Source of the DNA: an uncultured Candidatus Rokubacteria bacterium
GTDB taxonomy: Bacteria; Methylomirabilota; Methylomirabilia; Rokubacteriales; CSP1-6
DNA length: 64,000 bases
Direction: 5' to 3'
NCBI GenBank assembly: GCA_963789955.1
Contig: CAWBMV010000001.1
Coordinates: 512,001 to 576,000, forward strand
Part shown: positions 1 through 12,498 of the stretch, piece by piece
Numbering within the stretch: position 1 is the first letter of the stretch
Layout: every line of letters begins with the position of its first letter
Notes under the pieces: generated by a model
Database searches by the model: none
Seen by the model: only the letters and a program-made list of their open reading frames with translations
What the model was told of the DNA's origin: nothing
Translations under genes and position numbers: made by a program

Positions 1-1094
1 CTCCCAGAGGGCCGGCGCCGCCTCGCTCTGGAAGTTCACCGGATAGATGTCCTGGTACTTCTTCGGCGGGTTCTCCGCGTACTTGATCGTGCCGTCGGGC
101 CGGTGGAAGAACCACTCCGGATGCTCCCGGACCCAGGGATGGTCCGGGGAGCACTGGATCGCGAAGTCCAGCGCGACCTCGAGCCCGAGCCGGTGCGCCG
201 CCTCGACGAAGCCGGTCGAAGTCCGTCGAGCGTGCCGAGATCGGGGTGGACCGCGGTGTAGCCGCCGTCGGCGCTGCCGATGGCCCACGGGCTCCCGGGA
301 TCGCCGGCGGCCGCGACCAGCTCGTTGTTGCGGCCCTTACGGTGGGCCCGGCCGATCGGGTGGATCGGCGGCAGGTAGACGATGTCGAAGCCCATCGCCG
401 CGGCGCGCGCGAGCTGCGCCTCGGCTTCCTTGAACGTGGCGCTCCGATCGGCGGCCGTGCCCGAGCGGGGGAAGAACTCGTACCACGCGGCGAACCGCGC
501 GCGCTCCGGGTCGACGATCACCTCGAGCTCGCGGTCGGCCCACGTCGCTTCGGTTCGATCGAGATACCGGGTCATCAAGGTCGCCAGCGCCGGATCGGAG
601 GCCACCGCCACCGCGTCCGCCGCCGCCGGCGCCCGCTCGATCCGATCGGCGTAGCCGGCGAGCGCCGTGCGGTCGGCCGCCGCGGTGGCGCGAGCCGCCG
701 CGGCGCGGATCAGGGCCAGCCCTTCGCCGAGCGCGCTCGCGAGATCCTGGCCCCCGGCGTGGCGCTTCTCGAGGTCGGCGAGCCAGGAAAGGAAGGGCTC
801 GGTCAGCGCCTCCACCGTGTAGCGATAGCGCCCGGTCGCGGCGAGGGTGAACGCGCCCGCCCAGCGGTCATTGTCGACGAAGCGCATCGGCGTCTCGAGC
901 CACGCCCGATCGCCGTCGCGTCGATAGCGCAGGTAGGCGACCAGCACGTCGTGGCCGTCCTTGAAGATGTCGGCCGAGACCTCGAGGACCGCGCCGACCT
1001 CGCGCTTGACCGGATAGCGCCCGCCGTCGACGGCCGGCTCGACGCTTTCGATGACGACGGTGCGCCGGGGAGTCTCGATCGCGCGCGCGCTCAC
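1..1094 (-). CDS. glgE: Alpha-1,4-glucan:maltose-1-phosphate maltosyltransferase (GlgE); 3' end runs off the window; frameshift near 225
   Basis: N-terminal DUF3416-type [53 protein letters not shown]. The shifted frame continues with [22 protein letters not shown]. Confidence 0.93.
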
Positions 1095-1101
1095 GGCCGG
1101 G

Positions 1102-3481
1102 TCACGTGGCCAGGCTGAAGCCCAGCGCGTTCGCGAGCGGCAGCAGCTCGGCCCGCGCGTCCGGCCGCTCGGTCCAGATCTGGAAGAATCGGTTCTGGGT
1201 CGCCCAGTGACCGTATCGGATGCCGAGGCGCCGCGCGCCGTCGATGAGCGCGGTTGCCTGCGCGACGCGTTCGCGCGAGGGCGACTCGGCGACCAGGGCG
1301 AGCACGCGGGCGACCGCGTGCTGCATGATGAATCGCTGGGGCATGAGGTCGAGCGTCAGGCCGAGCGCCTTGGCCTCGTCGACGATCGCGACGACCCGGT
1401 CGGGGATCGCGGCCAGGTTCGGCGGGGACTGGAGCTCGACACTCACCTGTTGCTCGAGCACGTGACGCGCGATGATCGCGAGGGCTTCGGGGATCGGCGC
1501 GTCGGCGTCGCGCAGATAGTGGACGAGCTTTCGGTTCTCCTCCCAGATCTTCCGGTACGTCTCCTCGTGGCGCTCGAGCGTCGCCCGGATGACGTTGGCC
1601 AGAACTCGGCGGCGCTCGTCGAGGAAGAGATGGCTCAAGGACGAGAGCCCGCCGGGGAAGTACTCGTCGAGGCCGCGGACGAGATCGGCGACGCTCTGCC
1701 GCGCGCAGCGGGCCAGCAGGTCGGCTTTCAGCGCGTCGTACGTCGCCTGGTCGTCCCAGGTACGGACGCCGCACGAGAAATCGTGCCCGCCGAAGTAGGC
1801 GAGCGCGTAGACCATCTCGCGCGTCTCGCCCGTCGTCTCCGAGCTGACCCGCACGTGCGCGACGGCGAGGGTCGTGCCGTCGGCCGTCTCGCGCGCCTCG
1901 TCGAGCCGCTCGACGCGGTAGGCGTAGATGCGCGCGTCGGCGGGATATTCGTCGAGGAGGCCGGTGATCGCGTAGTGAGTCACGACGCGGCTCAGGTTGA
2001 CCGCGGTCGGCCGGATCAGACGGCGGTAGACCTCGGCGCCGTCGCGCATCTCGGGCACATTGCTCGGCGCCGCCGCCAGCCGCCGGACGAACTCGTCCTC
2101 GAGCCGTCCGCCGCCGAGGTCGTTCATGTACTGCAGCGCCATCGCCGCGTAGCGGAGGATCTGCACGGGCTCGATCGCCGAGATCTCGTCGAAGAACCAG
2201 CCGCACGAGGTGTACATGAGGAGCCGGTTGCGCTCGAGCTCGAGAAGCCGGCGCGCCTCGACCCGAGCGGCCGGGTCGAGCTGCCCGCGCGCGTGGGCCG
2301 GCGAAGAACGCGTCGAGTCGCTCGGGACTCCGATCGAGGAGCACCGCGACGTAGTCGTCGCGGGCCGCCCACGGGTCCTTGAGATGCGCGGAGGCGCGCG
2401 CCTCGAAAAATGGATCGATCTGATCGCGCAGCCAGTCGAGCGCGTCCCGGAGCGGAGCCCGCCAGCGCTGGTGCCAGTCGCCGCGGGTGCGGCAGCCGCA
2501 ATCGGCGCGCCAGCGCTCGATGCCGTGGGCGCAGCTCCACGAGGTCTGCTCGCGGATCTCGACCTCGTGCGTGGGCGGATTGGCGGCCAGGAACGCCGCG
2601 TAGTTCGTGAGGGTCGCGGTCCCTTCGGCTTCGATCTGCTGCACCGCGGCGGCCAGCGCCATCTCGCCGAACCGGCTGTGATGGCCGTACGTTTCGCCGT
2701 CGGTCGCGCAGTGGACCAGCTGCGGCCACGTGCGCGCGTCCGAGAACGCGGCGTTGAGCCACGCCACGAGGTTCTCGGCGCGCTCGAGCAGACGCTCGAA
2801 GGCGATGGCCCGCGAGATGTGGCCGTCGTAGAAGAAGACGGCCAGGCTGAGGCCGCGCGGGCCCTGCCAGCGATACGCGCGGCTCGGATCGATCCCGCCG
2901 CCCGCGTCCTCCCAGGCTTCGGTCTCGAGCGGCCGGACGCGGAGCGCCTGGTGGGGCGCCAGGATCGTGAACTTCACGCCGGCCTCGGCCAGCACCTCGA
3001 GCGATTCGTTGTCGACCGCGGTCTCCGGGAGCCAGAGCCCCTCCGGCTCGCGCCCGAATCGCGCGCGGAAGTCTTCGATCCCCCAGCGCACCTGCGTGAC
3101 CTTGTCGCGTCGCGTGGCGAGCGGCATGATCATGTGGTTGAAGACCTGGCCGCACGCGTTGCCGTGGCCGCGCGCCTCGACGCTCGCGCGGTCGGCCTCG
3201 ATGATCTTGGCGTACACGTCGGGCCGGTGGCGCTCGAGCCAGGCGAAGAGCGTCGGCCCGATGTTGAACGAGATCTTCTCGAAGTTGTTGCCGATGTCGA
3301 GCACGCGGTTCTGGTCGTCGACGCGCCGGGCCGCCGTGTTCGGCGCGTAGCACTCCGCGGTCACCCGCTCGTTCCAGTCGTGGAACGGCGCCGCCGAGTC
3401 CTGCACCTCCACCGACTCGAGCCACGGATTCTCGCGCGGCGGCTGGTAGAAGTGCCCGTGGATGACGATCGCGCGGTTCAA
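1102..3481 (-). CDS. GH57 family glycoside hydrolase with DUF3536 domain; frameshift near 2290
   Basis: IHGHFYQPPRENPW, GLWLPETAVD, ATDGETYGHH, SWSCAHGIERW, then MYTSCGWFFDEIS in a second frame. The TTG start overlaps the glgC stop. Confidence 0.88.
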
Positions 3482-4719
3482 AATTCCTCCAGGCCGCGGA
3501 GAAACTCGCGGCGGCCGCCGCGGGGCACGACCACCAGCCCGGAGGCGTCGACGTGATACTGGCGCCGGTCCGCGCCCGGGTCGTGACCGATCTCGACGTC
3601 GGCCGGGATGATGTTGAACCGATCGACGATGGCGCGCCGCAAGCGGGCGCCCTTGCCGACGGTGGTGTGGTCCATCACGATCGAGTCCTCGATCACCGCG
3701 CCCTCGTTGACCCACACGGACCGGCCCAGGATCGAGTTGCGAATCGTCGCGCGCTTGACCAGCGACGACTCGCCGATCTGCGCGTTGTCGATGTCGGCGG
3801 CGATGAACCGGGCCGCGGGCCCGGCGTGATGCTCACTGCGGATCGGCCAGAGCCGGTTGTCGAGGTCGAAGCGCGGAGACTCGCCCAGGAGGTCCATGTG
3901 GGCTTCCCAGTAGGAGGAGATCGTGCCGACGTCGCGCCAGTACGCCTGTTCTTCGTACGGCTTTTCGCCCGGCACCTCGTTCTTCTGGAAGTCGTACGCG
4001 AAGACTCTGCCGCCCGGCACGAGCTCGGGGATGATCGAGCGGCCGAAGTCGTGGTCGGTCGATCGCCGCGCGTCGGCCACGAGGGCGTCGACGAGCGGCT
4101 GACGGGAGAAGATGTAGTTTCCCATCGACACGAGCGCGCGCTCGCGGTCGTCCGGCAGCGGCGCCGGGTTCGCGGGCTTCTCGTCGAACTGGACGACCCG
4201 CCCCACGCGATCCACGGCCAGCACGCCGAACTGGCGCGCGTCGGCCAGCGGCACCGGCCGGGCCGCGATGGTCACGTCGGCGCCCGACTCCTGGTGGAAC
4301 GCGAGCATCTGGTTCACGTCCATGCGATAGACGTGGTCGGAGCCGAAGACCGCGACGACGTCGGCGTTGAAGTCGTCGATCAGGTTCAGGTTCTGGAGGA
4401 CCGCATCGGCGGTGCCGCGATACCACGCGGCGCCGACCCGCATCTGCGGCGGGACGACGGTGACGAAGAAGTCCGGCAGCATGCCGCTCGTGCGCCAGGC
4501 CAGGCGCAGGTGCTCGATCAGCGACTGCGCCTTGTACTGCACGAGGACGTAGAGCGACGGCATGTCCGAGTTCACGAAGTTCGACAGGACGAAGTCGATC
4601 AGGCGATGGCGGCCCCCGAAGGGCACCGCCGACTTCGAGCGCTCGCGCGTCAGCGGCTGCAGGCGATCGCCCCGGCCGCCGGCCATGACCATCGCGAGCA
4701 CACGCGCGCGCCGCGGCAT
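3478..4719 (-). CDS. glgC: Glucose-1-phosphate adenylyltransferase
   Basis: MAGGRGDRLQPLTRERSKSAVPFGG, WYRGTADAV, GSDHVYRMD, YWRDVGT and C-terminal left-handed beta-helix repeats. Confidence 0.95.
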   Translation of the reverse strand: MPRRARVLAMVMAGGRGDRLQPLTRERSKSAVPFGGRHRLIDFVLSNFVNSDMPSLYVLVQYKAQSLIEHLRLAWRTSGMLPDFFVTVVPPQMRVGAAWYRGTADAVLQNLNLIDDFNADVVAVFGSDHVYRMDVNQMLAFHQESGADVTIAARPVPLADARQFGVLAVDRVGRVVQFDEKPANPAPLPDDRERALVSMGNYIFSRQPLVDALVADARRSTDHDFGRSIIPELVPGGRVFAYDFQKNEVPGEKPYEEQAYWRDVGTISSYWEAHMDLLGESPRFDLDNRLWPIRSEHHAGPAARFIAADIDNAQIGESSLVKRATIRNSILGRSVWVNEGAVIEDSIVMDHTTVGKGARLRRAIVDRFNIIPADVEIGHDPGADRRQYHVDASGLVVVPRGGRREFLRGLEEF

Positions 4720-4724
4720 TCGGC

Positions 4725-6421
4725 TCAGCTCGCGGCGGGCGCCCCGAGACCCCAGCTGGGGTCGAGGTCCGGGAAGCAGAAGTCGTCGCGCTCGAGGCGC
4801 CCGAGCGAGTGCGCCGCGTCGGGCGAGAGGGTGTCGCCGGCCTCGAGCGCGCGCGCCATCTCGCAGAGCCGCTTGAACTCGGCGTAGTGCTCGGCGACCC
4901 GGCGTTCGGCATAGTCGGCCGCGGTTCCGGTGGTGATGAGGAACTGCCAGTCGGAAGACTGGAGCAGCAGGAGCTCGCGGGTGGCTTGCGTGATCACCCG
5001 GTGGAGCTCGGGGCGGCCGTCGAGCCGGCTGAGATGGCCGACCCACTCGGCTTCGGCGCTGTAGACGCGGTCCCAGGTCCACTCGGTGCCGCGGTTGAGC
5101 CACACCCGATGGTCGCCGCCTTCGCCCCACGAGCCTTCCGGGAGCGACACGGTCGTCCGCGCCGGCACCGATTCGAGCGACTCGCCGAGCGTCATGCGCG
5201 GAACCTTGCGGCGCTCCATCTCGCGCGCGACGTGCTCGAGCCACAGGGGGCCTTCGAACCACCAGTGCCCGAAGAGCTCCGCGTCGTACGGCGAGCACAC
5301 CACAGACGGTCCTTTGCCGGCGCGTGCGAGCGTGTCCACCACCAGATCGACGAAGTGGGCCGCCTGGAGCCCGACCTTCTGGGCCGCAATGTCCGGGTCG
5401 TAGACCGCCTTGGTGCCGAGATCGCCCTGGTGGTCGGTGATTCGCCAGAACCGCAGACCGCCCGGGAAGTGCTTCTTGTGGAACTCGAGGAAGGCGATAC
5501 TCCCCGGGGTAGCCGTGCTCGCGACTCCACACCTGAAGCGTGGTCTTCGGGTCGCGGAAGAAGGCGATGGCCTGGCCCTGCCCACCCCTCGACGCGACCC
5601 GATAGGGCAGGTAGGGGGACTTTGCCTGACTCGTGGGCATGGCCGGCGGTGCATCGCTCTTGGCGATCTGTGCCCGCCGGAAGGAAGTCGCGGTAGAGGA
5701 ACAGCGGCTGACTTGCCGAGACCAGGTGGGCGTCGGCGACGAAGTACTCGAGGCCGTATTTCGCGAGCATTTCCTCGATGCCCGGCCGCACGCGCCGCTC
5801 GCGGCCGCTGTCCGGCCCGGTCGGCGGCGTCCATTCGTATCGGGGGCGGTAGGCGCACTCCGGCAGCCAGATGCCCCGTGGGGCGCGGCCAAAATGCCGG
5901 CGGTGGGTCTCGACGGCGGTCCGAAGCTGCAGGTGGATCGACTCGTCCCGCGCGAGCAGCGGCAGGTAGCCGTGGGTCGCCGCGCAGGTAATGATCTCCA
6001 CGTGGCCGGCCCGCTGCAGATCGGCGAAGGTGCCGGGAATATCCCCCCCGATTCTCCGGTGCATTTCCCACATGCGCTCGAAGAACTCTTCCCAGAAGTG
6101 GGTCAGCCGGACGATTTCCTTCTGTCCGACCTTCGTGAAGTGCTCCCGCGACTCGGCGCAGGCGCGCCGGACGTTATCGTGGTAAAAAGATAGTTCCTTC
6201 TGAAATTCAGGCGAGGCAAGCTGCTCGGTCAGTACCGGCGACAGGTTGATCGTCCATTTGGGCGAGATCCCATCGGCGACCAGGCGGTGCGCCGTTTCGA
6301 GCAGCGGCAGGTAGCACTCGAAGGCCGCCTCGCAGAGCCAGTCGCTGCCATGGGGCCAGCGGCCGTGATTGACCACCATCGGAAGATGGGTGTGGAGTAC
6401 CAGGGCGAATGGTGAGGCCAT
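4725..6421 (-). CDS. GH57 1,4-alpha-glucan branching enzyme (DUF1957); frameshifts near 5660 and 5500
   Basis: LVLHTHLP, WLCEAAFECYLPLL, ATHGYLPLL, GIWLPECAY, PYDAELFGHWWFEGP, LLLQSSDWQF. Confidence 0.9.
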
Positions 6422-6440
6422 GGGGTCTTCATTGGACCGT

Positions 6441-8228
6441 ATGAGCGCGCTCGGTGCAAGCCTTCTCGCGAACGGCGTCACATTCAGGGTCTGGGCGCCA
6501 CGATGCCGATCGGTCGACGTGGTCGTCGACGGCCGGGCCATCGAAGCGCTCTCGGCGCGCGAAGGCGGACTGTTCGACGTGACGCTCGAAGGGCTGGCCG
6601 AGGGCGCGCGCTACAAATATCGGCTCGACGCCACCCGCTACCGCCCGGATCCGGCGTCACGGTTTCAACCCGAAGGCGTCCACGGCCCCTCGGTCGTCAT
6701 CGATCCGGCGCGCTTCGTGTGGACGGATCAGGAATTCTCCGGTCACGCGCTCGGCGAGCTCGTCTTCTACGAGCTCCACGTCGGCGCGTTCACGCCGGCG
6801 GGCACGTTCGAGGCGATCATTCCGCACCTGGCGCGCCTGGTCGAGCTCGGCGTCACCGCGGTCGAGCTGATGCCGATCGCCGAGTTCCCGGGCTCGCGCA
6901 ACTGGGGCTACGACGGCGTGCATCTGTGGGCGCCGCAATCGACCTACGGCGGACCGCGAGGTCTGCGGCGCTTCGTCGACGCCTGTCACGCGCGCGGCGT
7001 CTCGGTCTTTCTCGACGTCGTGTACAACCACCTCGGTCCCGAGGGCAACTATCTGTCCGAGTTCGGCCCGTACTTCGCCGACCGCACGCAGACCGCCTGG
7101 GGCCCCGCGGTGAACTACGACGGCGCGGGCTCCGAGGGCGTGCGCCGTCACGTGATCGAGAACGGACGCATGTGGGTCAGCGAGTTCCACATCGACGGGT
7201 TCCGTCTCGACGCGATCCACGCGATCTACGACACGAGCCCCGTGCACGTCCTCACCGAGTTCGCCGACGCGGTCCGGGGTGAAGCGGCGCGCGTGGGCCG
7301 ACGGGTCCACGTGATCGCCGAATCGCACGACAACGATCGGCGCATCGTGCTGCCGTCGGGCGCGGGCGGCCTCGGTCTCGACGCGGTGTGGTCGGACGAC
7401 TTCCATCATGCGCTCCACCGTCAGCTCACCGGCGAGACGTCGAGCTACTACGTCGACTTCGGCTCCGAGCAGCACCTCGACCGCGCGATCACCCAGGGAT
7501 TCGCGTACCAGGGCGAGCCGTCCGAGTATTTCGGGCGGCCGCGCGGTACGCCGAGCGCCGATCTGGCGGGCGACCATTTCGTCATCTGCTTGCAGAACCA
7601 CGACCAGGTCGGCAATCGCCCCCAGGGCGATCGACTCGGCACGCTCGTGCCGTTCGACGCGGTGAAGCTCGCGGCCGGGCTCATGTTCGTGACCCCGTCC
7701 ATTCCGCTGCTCTTCATGGGCGAGGAGTACGGCGAGACGGCCCGCTTTCAGTTCTTCTGCTCGTTCCTCGACAAGAATCTCTCGGAGGCCGTCCGCAAGG
7801 GACGCATGGAGGAAATGAGCCGCTGGGAGTCACGCGGGCCGATCTCCGATCCCAACGCGCCCAACACGTTCGTCAGCTCGCGGCTCAATCACTCGCTCGC
7901 GGGCGCGCCCCGTCACCGCGGGCTCCGGGAATACTATCGGCGCTGGCTGGCGCTCCGGCGCACGCACCCCGCGCTCGGCACGAGCCACAAGGAGCTGACG
8001 CAGGTCACGCGGGACGCCGAGGGCGCCGTGCTCATCGTGACCCGCGCGACCCCGACGGGAGACGAGCTCAAGCTCGTCGCGAATCTCTCGCCGAAGACGC
8101 AGGCGTTGAGCCTGGACGCGTCGGGCTGGCGCGTGCTCATCGACAGCGACGCCGAGAGCTTCGGCGGCACCGGCACCGCGGTTCCGCTGGCGCCCTACCA
8201 GTGCTTGCTGTACGAGGCGAGGCGGTGA
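6441..8228 (+). CDS. treZ: Malto-oligosyltrehalose trehalohydrolase
   Basis: FRVWAP, PDPASRFQPEGVHGPS, RNWGYDGV, DVVYNHLGPEGNY, DGFRLDAIHAI, WSDDFHH, QNHDQVGNR, LFMGEEY. Confidence 0.95.
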   Translation: MSALGASLLANGVTFRVWAPRCRSVDVVVDGRAIEALSAREGGLFDVTLEGLAEGARYKYRLDATRYRPDPASRFQPEGVHGPSVVIDPARFVWTDQEFSGHALGELVFYELHVGAFTPAGTFEAIIPHLARLVELGVTAVELMPIAEFPGSRNWGYDGVHLWAPQSTYGGPRGLRRFVDACHARGVSVFLDVVYNHLGPEGNYLSEFGPYFADRTQTAWGPAVNYDGAGSEGVRRHVIENGRMWVSEFHIDGFRLDAIHAIYDTSPVHVLTEFADAVRGEAARVGRRVHVIAESHDNDRRIVLPSGAGGLGLDAVWSDDFHHALHRQLTGETSSYYVDFGSEQHLDRAITQGFAYQGEPSEYFGRPRGTPSADLAGDHFVICLQNHDQVGNRPQGDRLGTLVPFDAVKLAAGLMFVTPSIPLLFMGEEYGETARFQFFCSFLDKNLSEAVRKGRMEEMSRWESRGPISDPNAPNTFVSSRLNHSLAGAPRHRGLREYYRRWLALRRTHPALGTSHKELTQVTRDAEGAVLIVTRATPTGDELKLVANLSPKTQALSLDASGWRVLIDSDAESFGGTGTAVPLAPYQCLLYEARR

Positions 8229-8241
8229 TAGCGTCCGCCTC

Positions 8242-9131
8242 GTGACGCGCGCCCCCGACCTCGTCGATCAGATCCTCGCTCTCGATCCCGGCCACCGCAA
8301 TATCGCAGCGTTCTCGACCCTCGGCGCCGCCGCCAGCGCGGCGCGCGCGCTCCGCGGAGCGAAGCGCGTCCTGATCGTCACCGGATTCACCGTCGAGCCC
8401 GACATGCCCGAAACCGACGGGCCGCCCGGCGCCGCCGTGCTCGGCCGCGCGCTGCGCCGGCTCGGCGCGCGGGTTCGGTACGTCACCGACACGACCAACG
8501 TGCCGCTCGTGGAGGCGGCGCTCAAGACCCTGGACGAGCCGTCGGACGTCGTCGTATTTCCCGGTGGGATCGACGGCGCTCGCCGTCTGCTCGCGACGGA
8601 GAAGCCGACACATCTCGTGGCGATCGAGCGCCCAGGTCGGAACCGTGACGGCGACTACCTGAACATGCGCGGGGTGTCGGTCGCGGCATGGAATCCCCCG
8701 ATCGACGAGCTGTTTCTTTGTCGCGGGACCCGGAAGCCCGTCACGGTCGGCATCGGCGACGGCGGCAACGAGATCGGCATGGGCTCGGCGCGGGCGAAGA
8801 TCGCGAAGCTCGACGCCCTGCGGGCGCGGATCGCGACGGTGATTCGCGTCGACCACCTGGTCGTGGCCGGCGTCTCGAACTGGGGCGGCTATGGCGTGGT
8901 CGCCGCGCTCGGCCGGCTCACCGGACAGGATCTTCTGCACACGCCCGAGCTCGAGCGTCGCCTCATCGCCGCGTGCGTGGCCGCCGGCGCCTGCGACGGC
9001 GTGACCCGGCGGCGCGAGCCCACCGTCGACAGCCTCGGCGCCGACACGCACGCGGCCGTCGTGGACCTGCTTCGATTGGCGTCACGTTCCGGTATCATGG
9101 GTGCCAGCATGCTCAGGAGAGGATCACGCCG

Positions 9132-9135
<4 letters not shown>
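8242..9135 (+). CDS. DUF4392 / D-glutamate cyclase-like protein
   Basis: VLIVTGF, ETDGPPGA, IERPG, GIGDGGNEIGMG, AGVSNWGGY. Confidence 0.85.
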
Positions 9136-10450
<1,315 letters not shown>

Positions 10451-10454
<4 letters not shown>

Positions 10455-10903
10455 CGCCAGGACGACGACGCCGCGCCGTCGGACGGACGACGGCCTCGCT
10501 GGCCCTGCTCCTGCTCGTCGGCGGGTTGTTGCTGGGCGGCTGCGTGTACTACCCGACTGTCGAGGACGTGGGCGGCGTGCGTCTCATGCCCGAGCACGGC
10601 CGGGTCGTCCGGAACGGCGACGGCGCGCTCTTCTTCGTGGACATCAACAGCACGGGCATGTTCGAGGACGCGATCGTGCGCGCCGAGACGCCGATCGCGA
10701 AGCGCACGCAGCTCTTGACGCAGACCGGCGAGCCGTTGACCCGCATTCCCGTGCCGCCGACGAGCGTCATGCGTCTCTATCCTGACGGCGCGCGCGTCGC
10801 CCTCTCGGACCTCACGCGCGAGCTCAAGGCCGGCGAGGTCGTCATCGTCACGCTGTACTTCGAGAAATCGGGCGCCCTCGGCGTCGTCTCGTCCGTCGAG
10901 TAG
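10451..10903 (+). CDS. PCu(A)C-fold lipoprotein (copper chaperone-like; canonical ligands absent)
   Basis: Lipobox LLGGC. DAIVRAETPIAKR and LSDLTRELKAGEVVIVTLYFEKSG match the PCu(A)C C-terminal pattern. Confidence 0.6.
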
Positions 10904-10966
10904 CCGCGTCGCAGCGCCCGGAAAGTAGACGCCCCGGTTGCCGTCTGCTATCCTCACGCGTCTGGT

Positions 10967-11042
<76 letters not shown>

Positions 11043-11128
11043 GCTTTTTCAGCGACTTAGCGGACGCGTCTTCGGTGCTGTCATCGAGTTGTCCCCGAAA
11101 TTGTCACTGAGCGCCGTCGATTTCGACG

Positions 11129-11302
11129 TCAAAGCGTCGTGGCGAGCTTCGTGCCTGCGTCGCGGAGATCGCTCTCGGCGACGATCGCGTAGCGCTGCTC
11201 CACGACCTCAGGCGCTCGGCGGTGAGGAATCTCGAGCGCGCGGACATCTCTCGCTCGGTCGCGATGAAGCTGACGGGCCACAAGATCGAGGCCGTGTACC
11301 GT
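11129..11302. pseudogene. Tyrosine recombinase/integrase C-terminal remnant, split over both strands
   Basis: Plus strand 11195-11302 reads LLHDLRRSAVRNLERADISRSVAMKLTGHKIEAVYR. Minus strand 11194-11129 reads RYAIVAESDLRDAGTKLATTL*. Confidence 0.85.
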
Positions 11303-11557
11303 TCCGTCAACCGGGCCTCTATGTGTATGCTCTCGCCCCCGCTGACGAGGTTGGTGTGCGGATTGGACATCGACGCGATGCCGATGCCAGACGCGAAGGG
11401 CGGCGCCGCGGGTCCGGTGACCGGCAGCATCGCTATTACGCCAGCGAGGATGCCCGCTGTTCTGCATGTGGCTGTCCCTCCATCCGTTGGAATCGATCCG
11501 TTGGATTCGAAGCGAACCTTACTTTCGGGTAACCAACCCGTCGATGCGATGCGAGCC

Positions 11558-12220
11558 ATGAAAACCATGCACAACCTGCTACGTAACTGCGCGGCGATCG
11601 TCGGTGGCGCCCACGTACTGACCGGTGACGCGACGGCCGGGCACGCGGTGTGCTCGAGGCGGCCGAGGCGGGCGCGCTCGACGAGCTGGGCGCCCTGCTG
11701 GGCGACCTGCCGGCCGCGGTGGGCCAGTCGGCCGGCCGAGCGGGAGCGGCTGTGGGCATACCGGAACGTCGTCGATCCGGCCCAGACGACGCCCTGGCAG
11801 AGCTGGCGCGAGGCCGCGGCGGTGTGGAAAGACCCGGCGCGGGCGCCGCAGCAGCCGCAATGGATGCCCGGCCCGCCGCTGCGCCCGGCGGTGGTGTTCG
11901 AGTGCGTGGGCGTGCCCGGCGTGCTCGATCAGTTGATGGCCTCGGCGCCGCGCGGCTCGCGCATCGTCGTGGTCGGCGTGTGCATGGAGGCCGACACGAT
12001 CTACCCGATGCTCGGCATCACCAAGGAGCTGAACCTCCAGTTCGTCCTCGGCTACACGCAGGACGAGTTCGCCACCACGCTGCACCACATTGCCGACGGC
12101 CGGATTCCCACGGTGCCGCTCATCACCGGCCACGTCGGAGTGAGTGGGGTGACACAGGCCTTCGAGGAGCTCGCCTCGCCGGAGCGACACGCCAAGATCC
12201 TCGTGCATCCCGACCGCTGA
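11558..12220 (+). pseudogene. Chimeric debris: FAD-linked oxidase fragments fused to the C-terminal half of a zinc-binding alcohol dehydrogenase
   Basis: AAIVGGAHVLTGD and ERERLWAYR resemble FAD-linked oxidases. VVFECVGVPG..IVVVGVCM..KELNLQFVLGY..PLITGHVG..HAKILVHP is an MDR C-terminus with no N-terminal GroES domain. Confidence 0.65.
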
Positions 12221-12498
12221 CCGTCGCCACAAAGGCGCTCAGCTCGTCCTCGCCCAGCATCGTCTCGTCCACGACGGCATCGCGCCGTCGCCGACCGCGC
12301 ACGAAGGGTCTCGCGCCATCGTAGCCGCCATAGCACCGCGCTCGCTCGGGTCGGCAGGATTCGACTCTACTCGGGCGAAATCGAGTATCGTACCGAGCAG
12401 CGCCGGCGCCGGAGGCCACCCCCATCGAGGGCGGCTCGGCGAAGCGGATCGGCCTGGCGCGAGCCGACACCAGAATCCTTACACGGGAGGCGACGACC

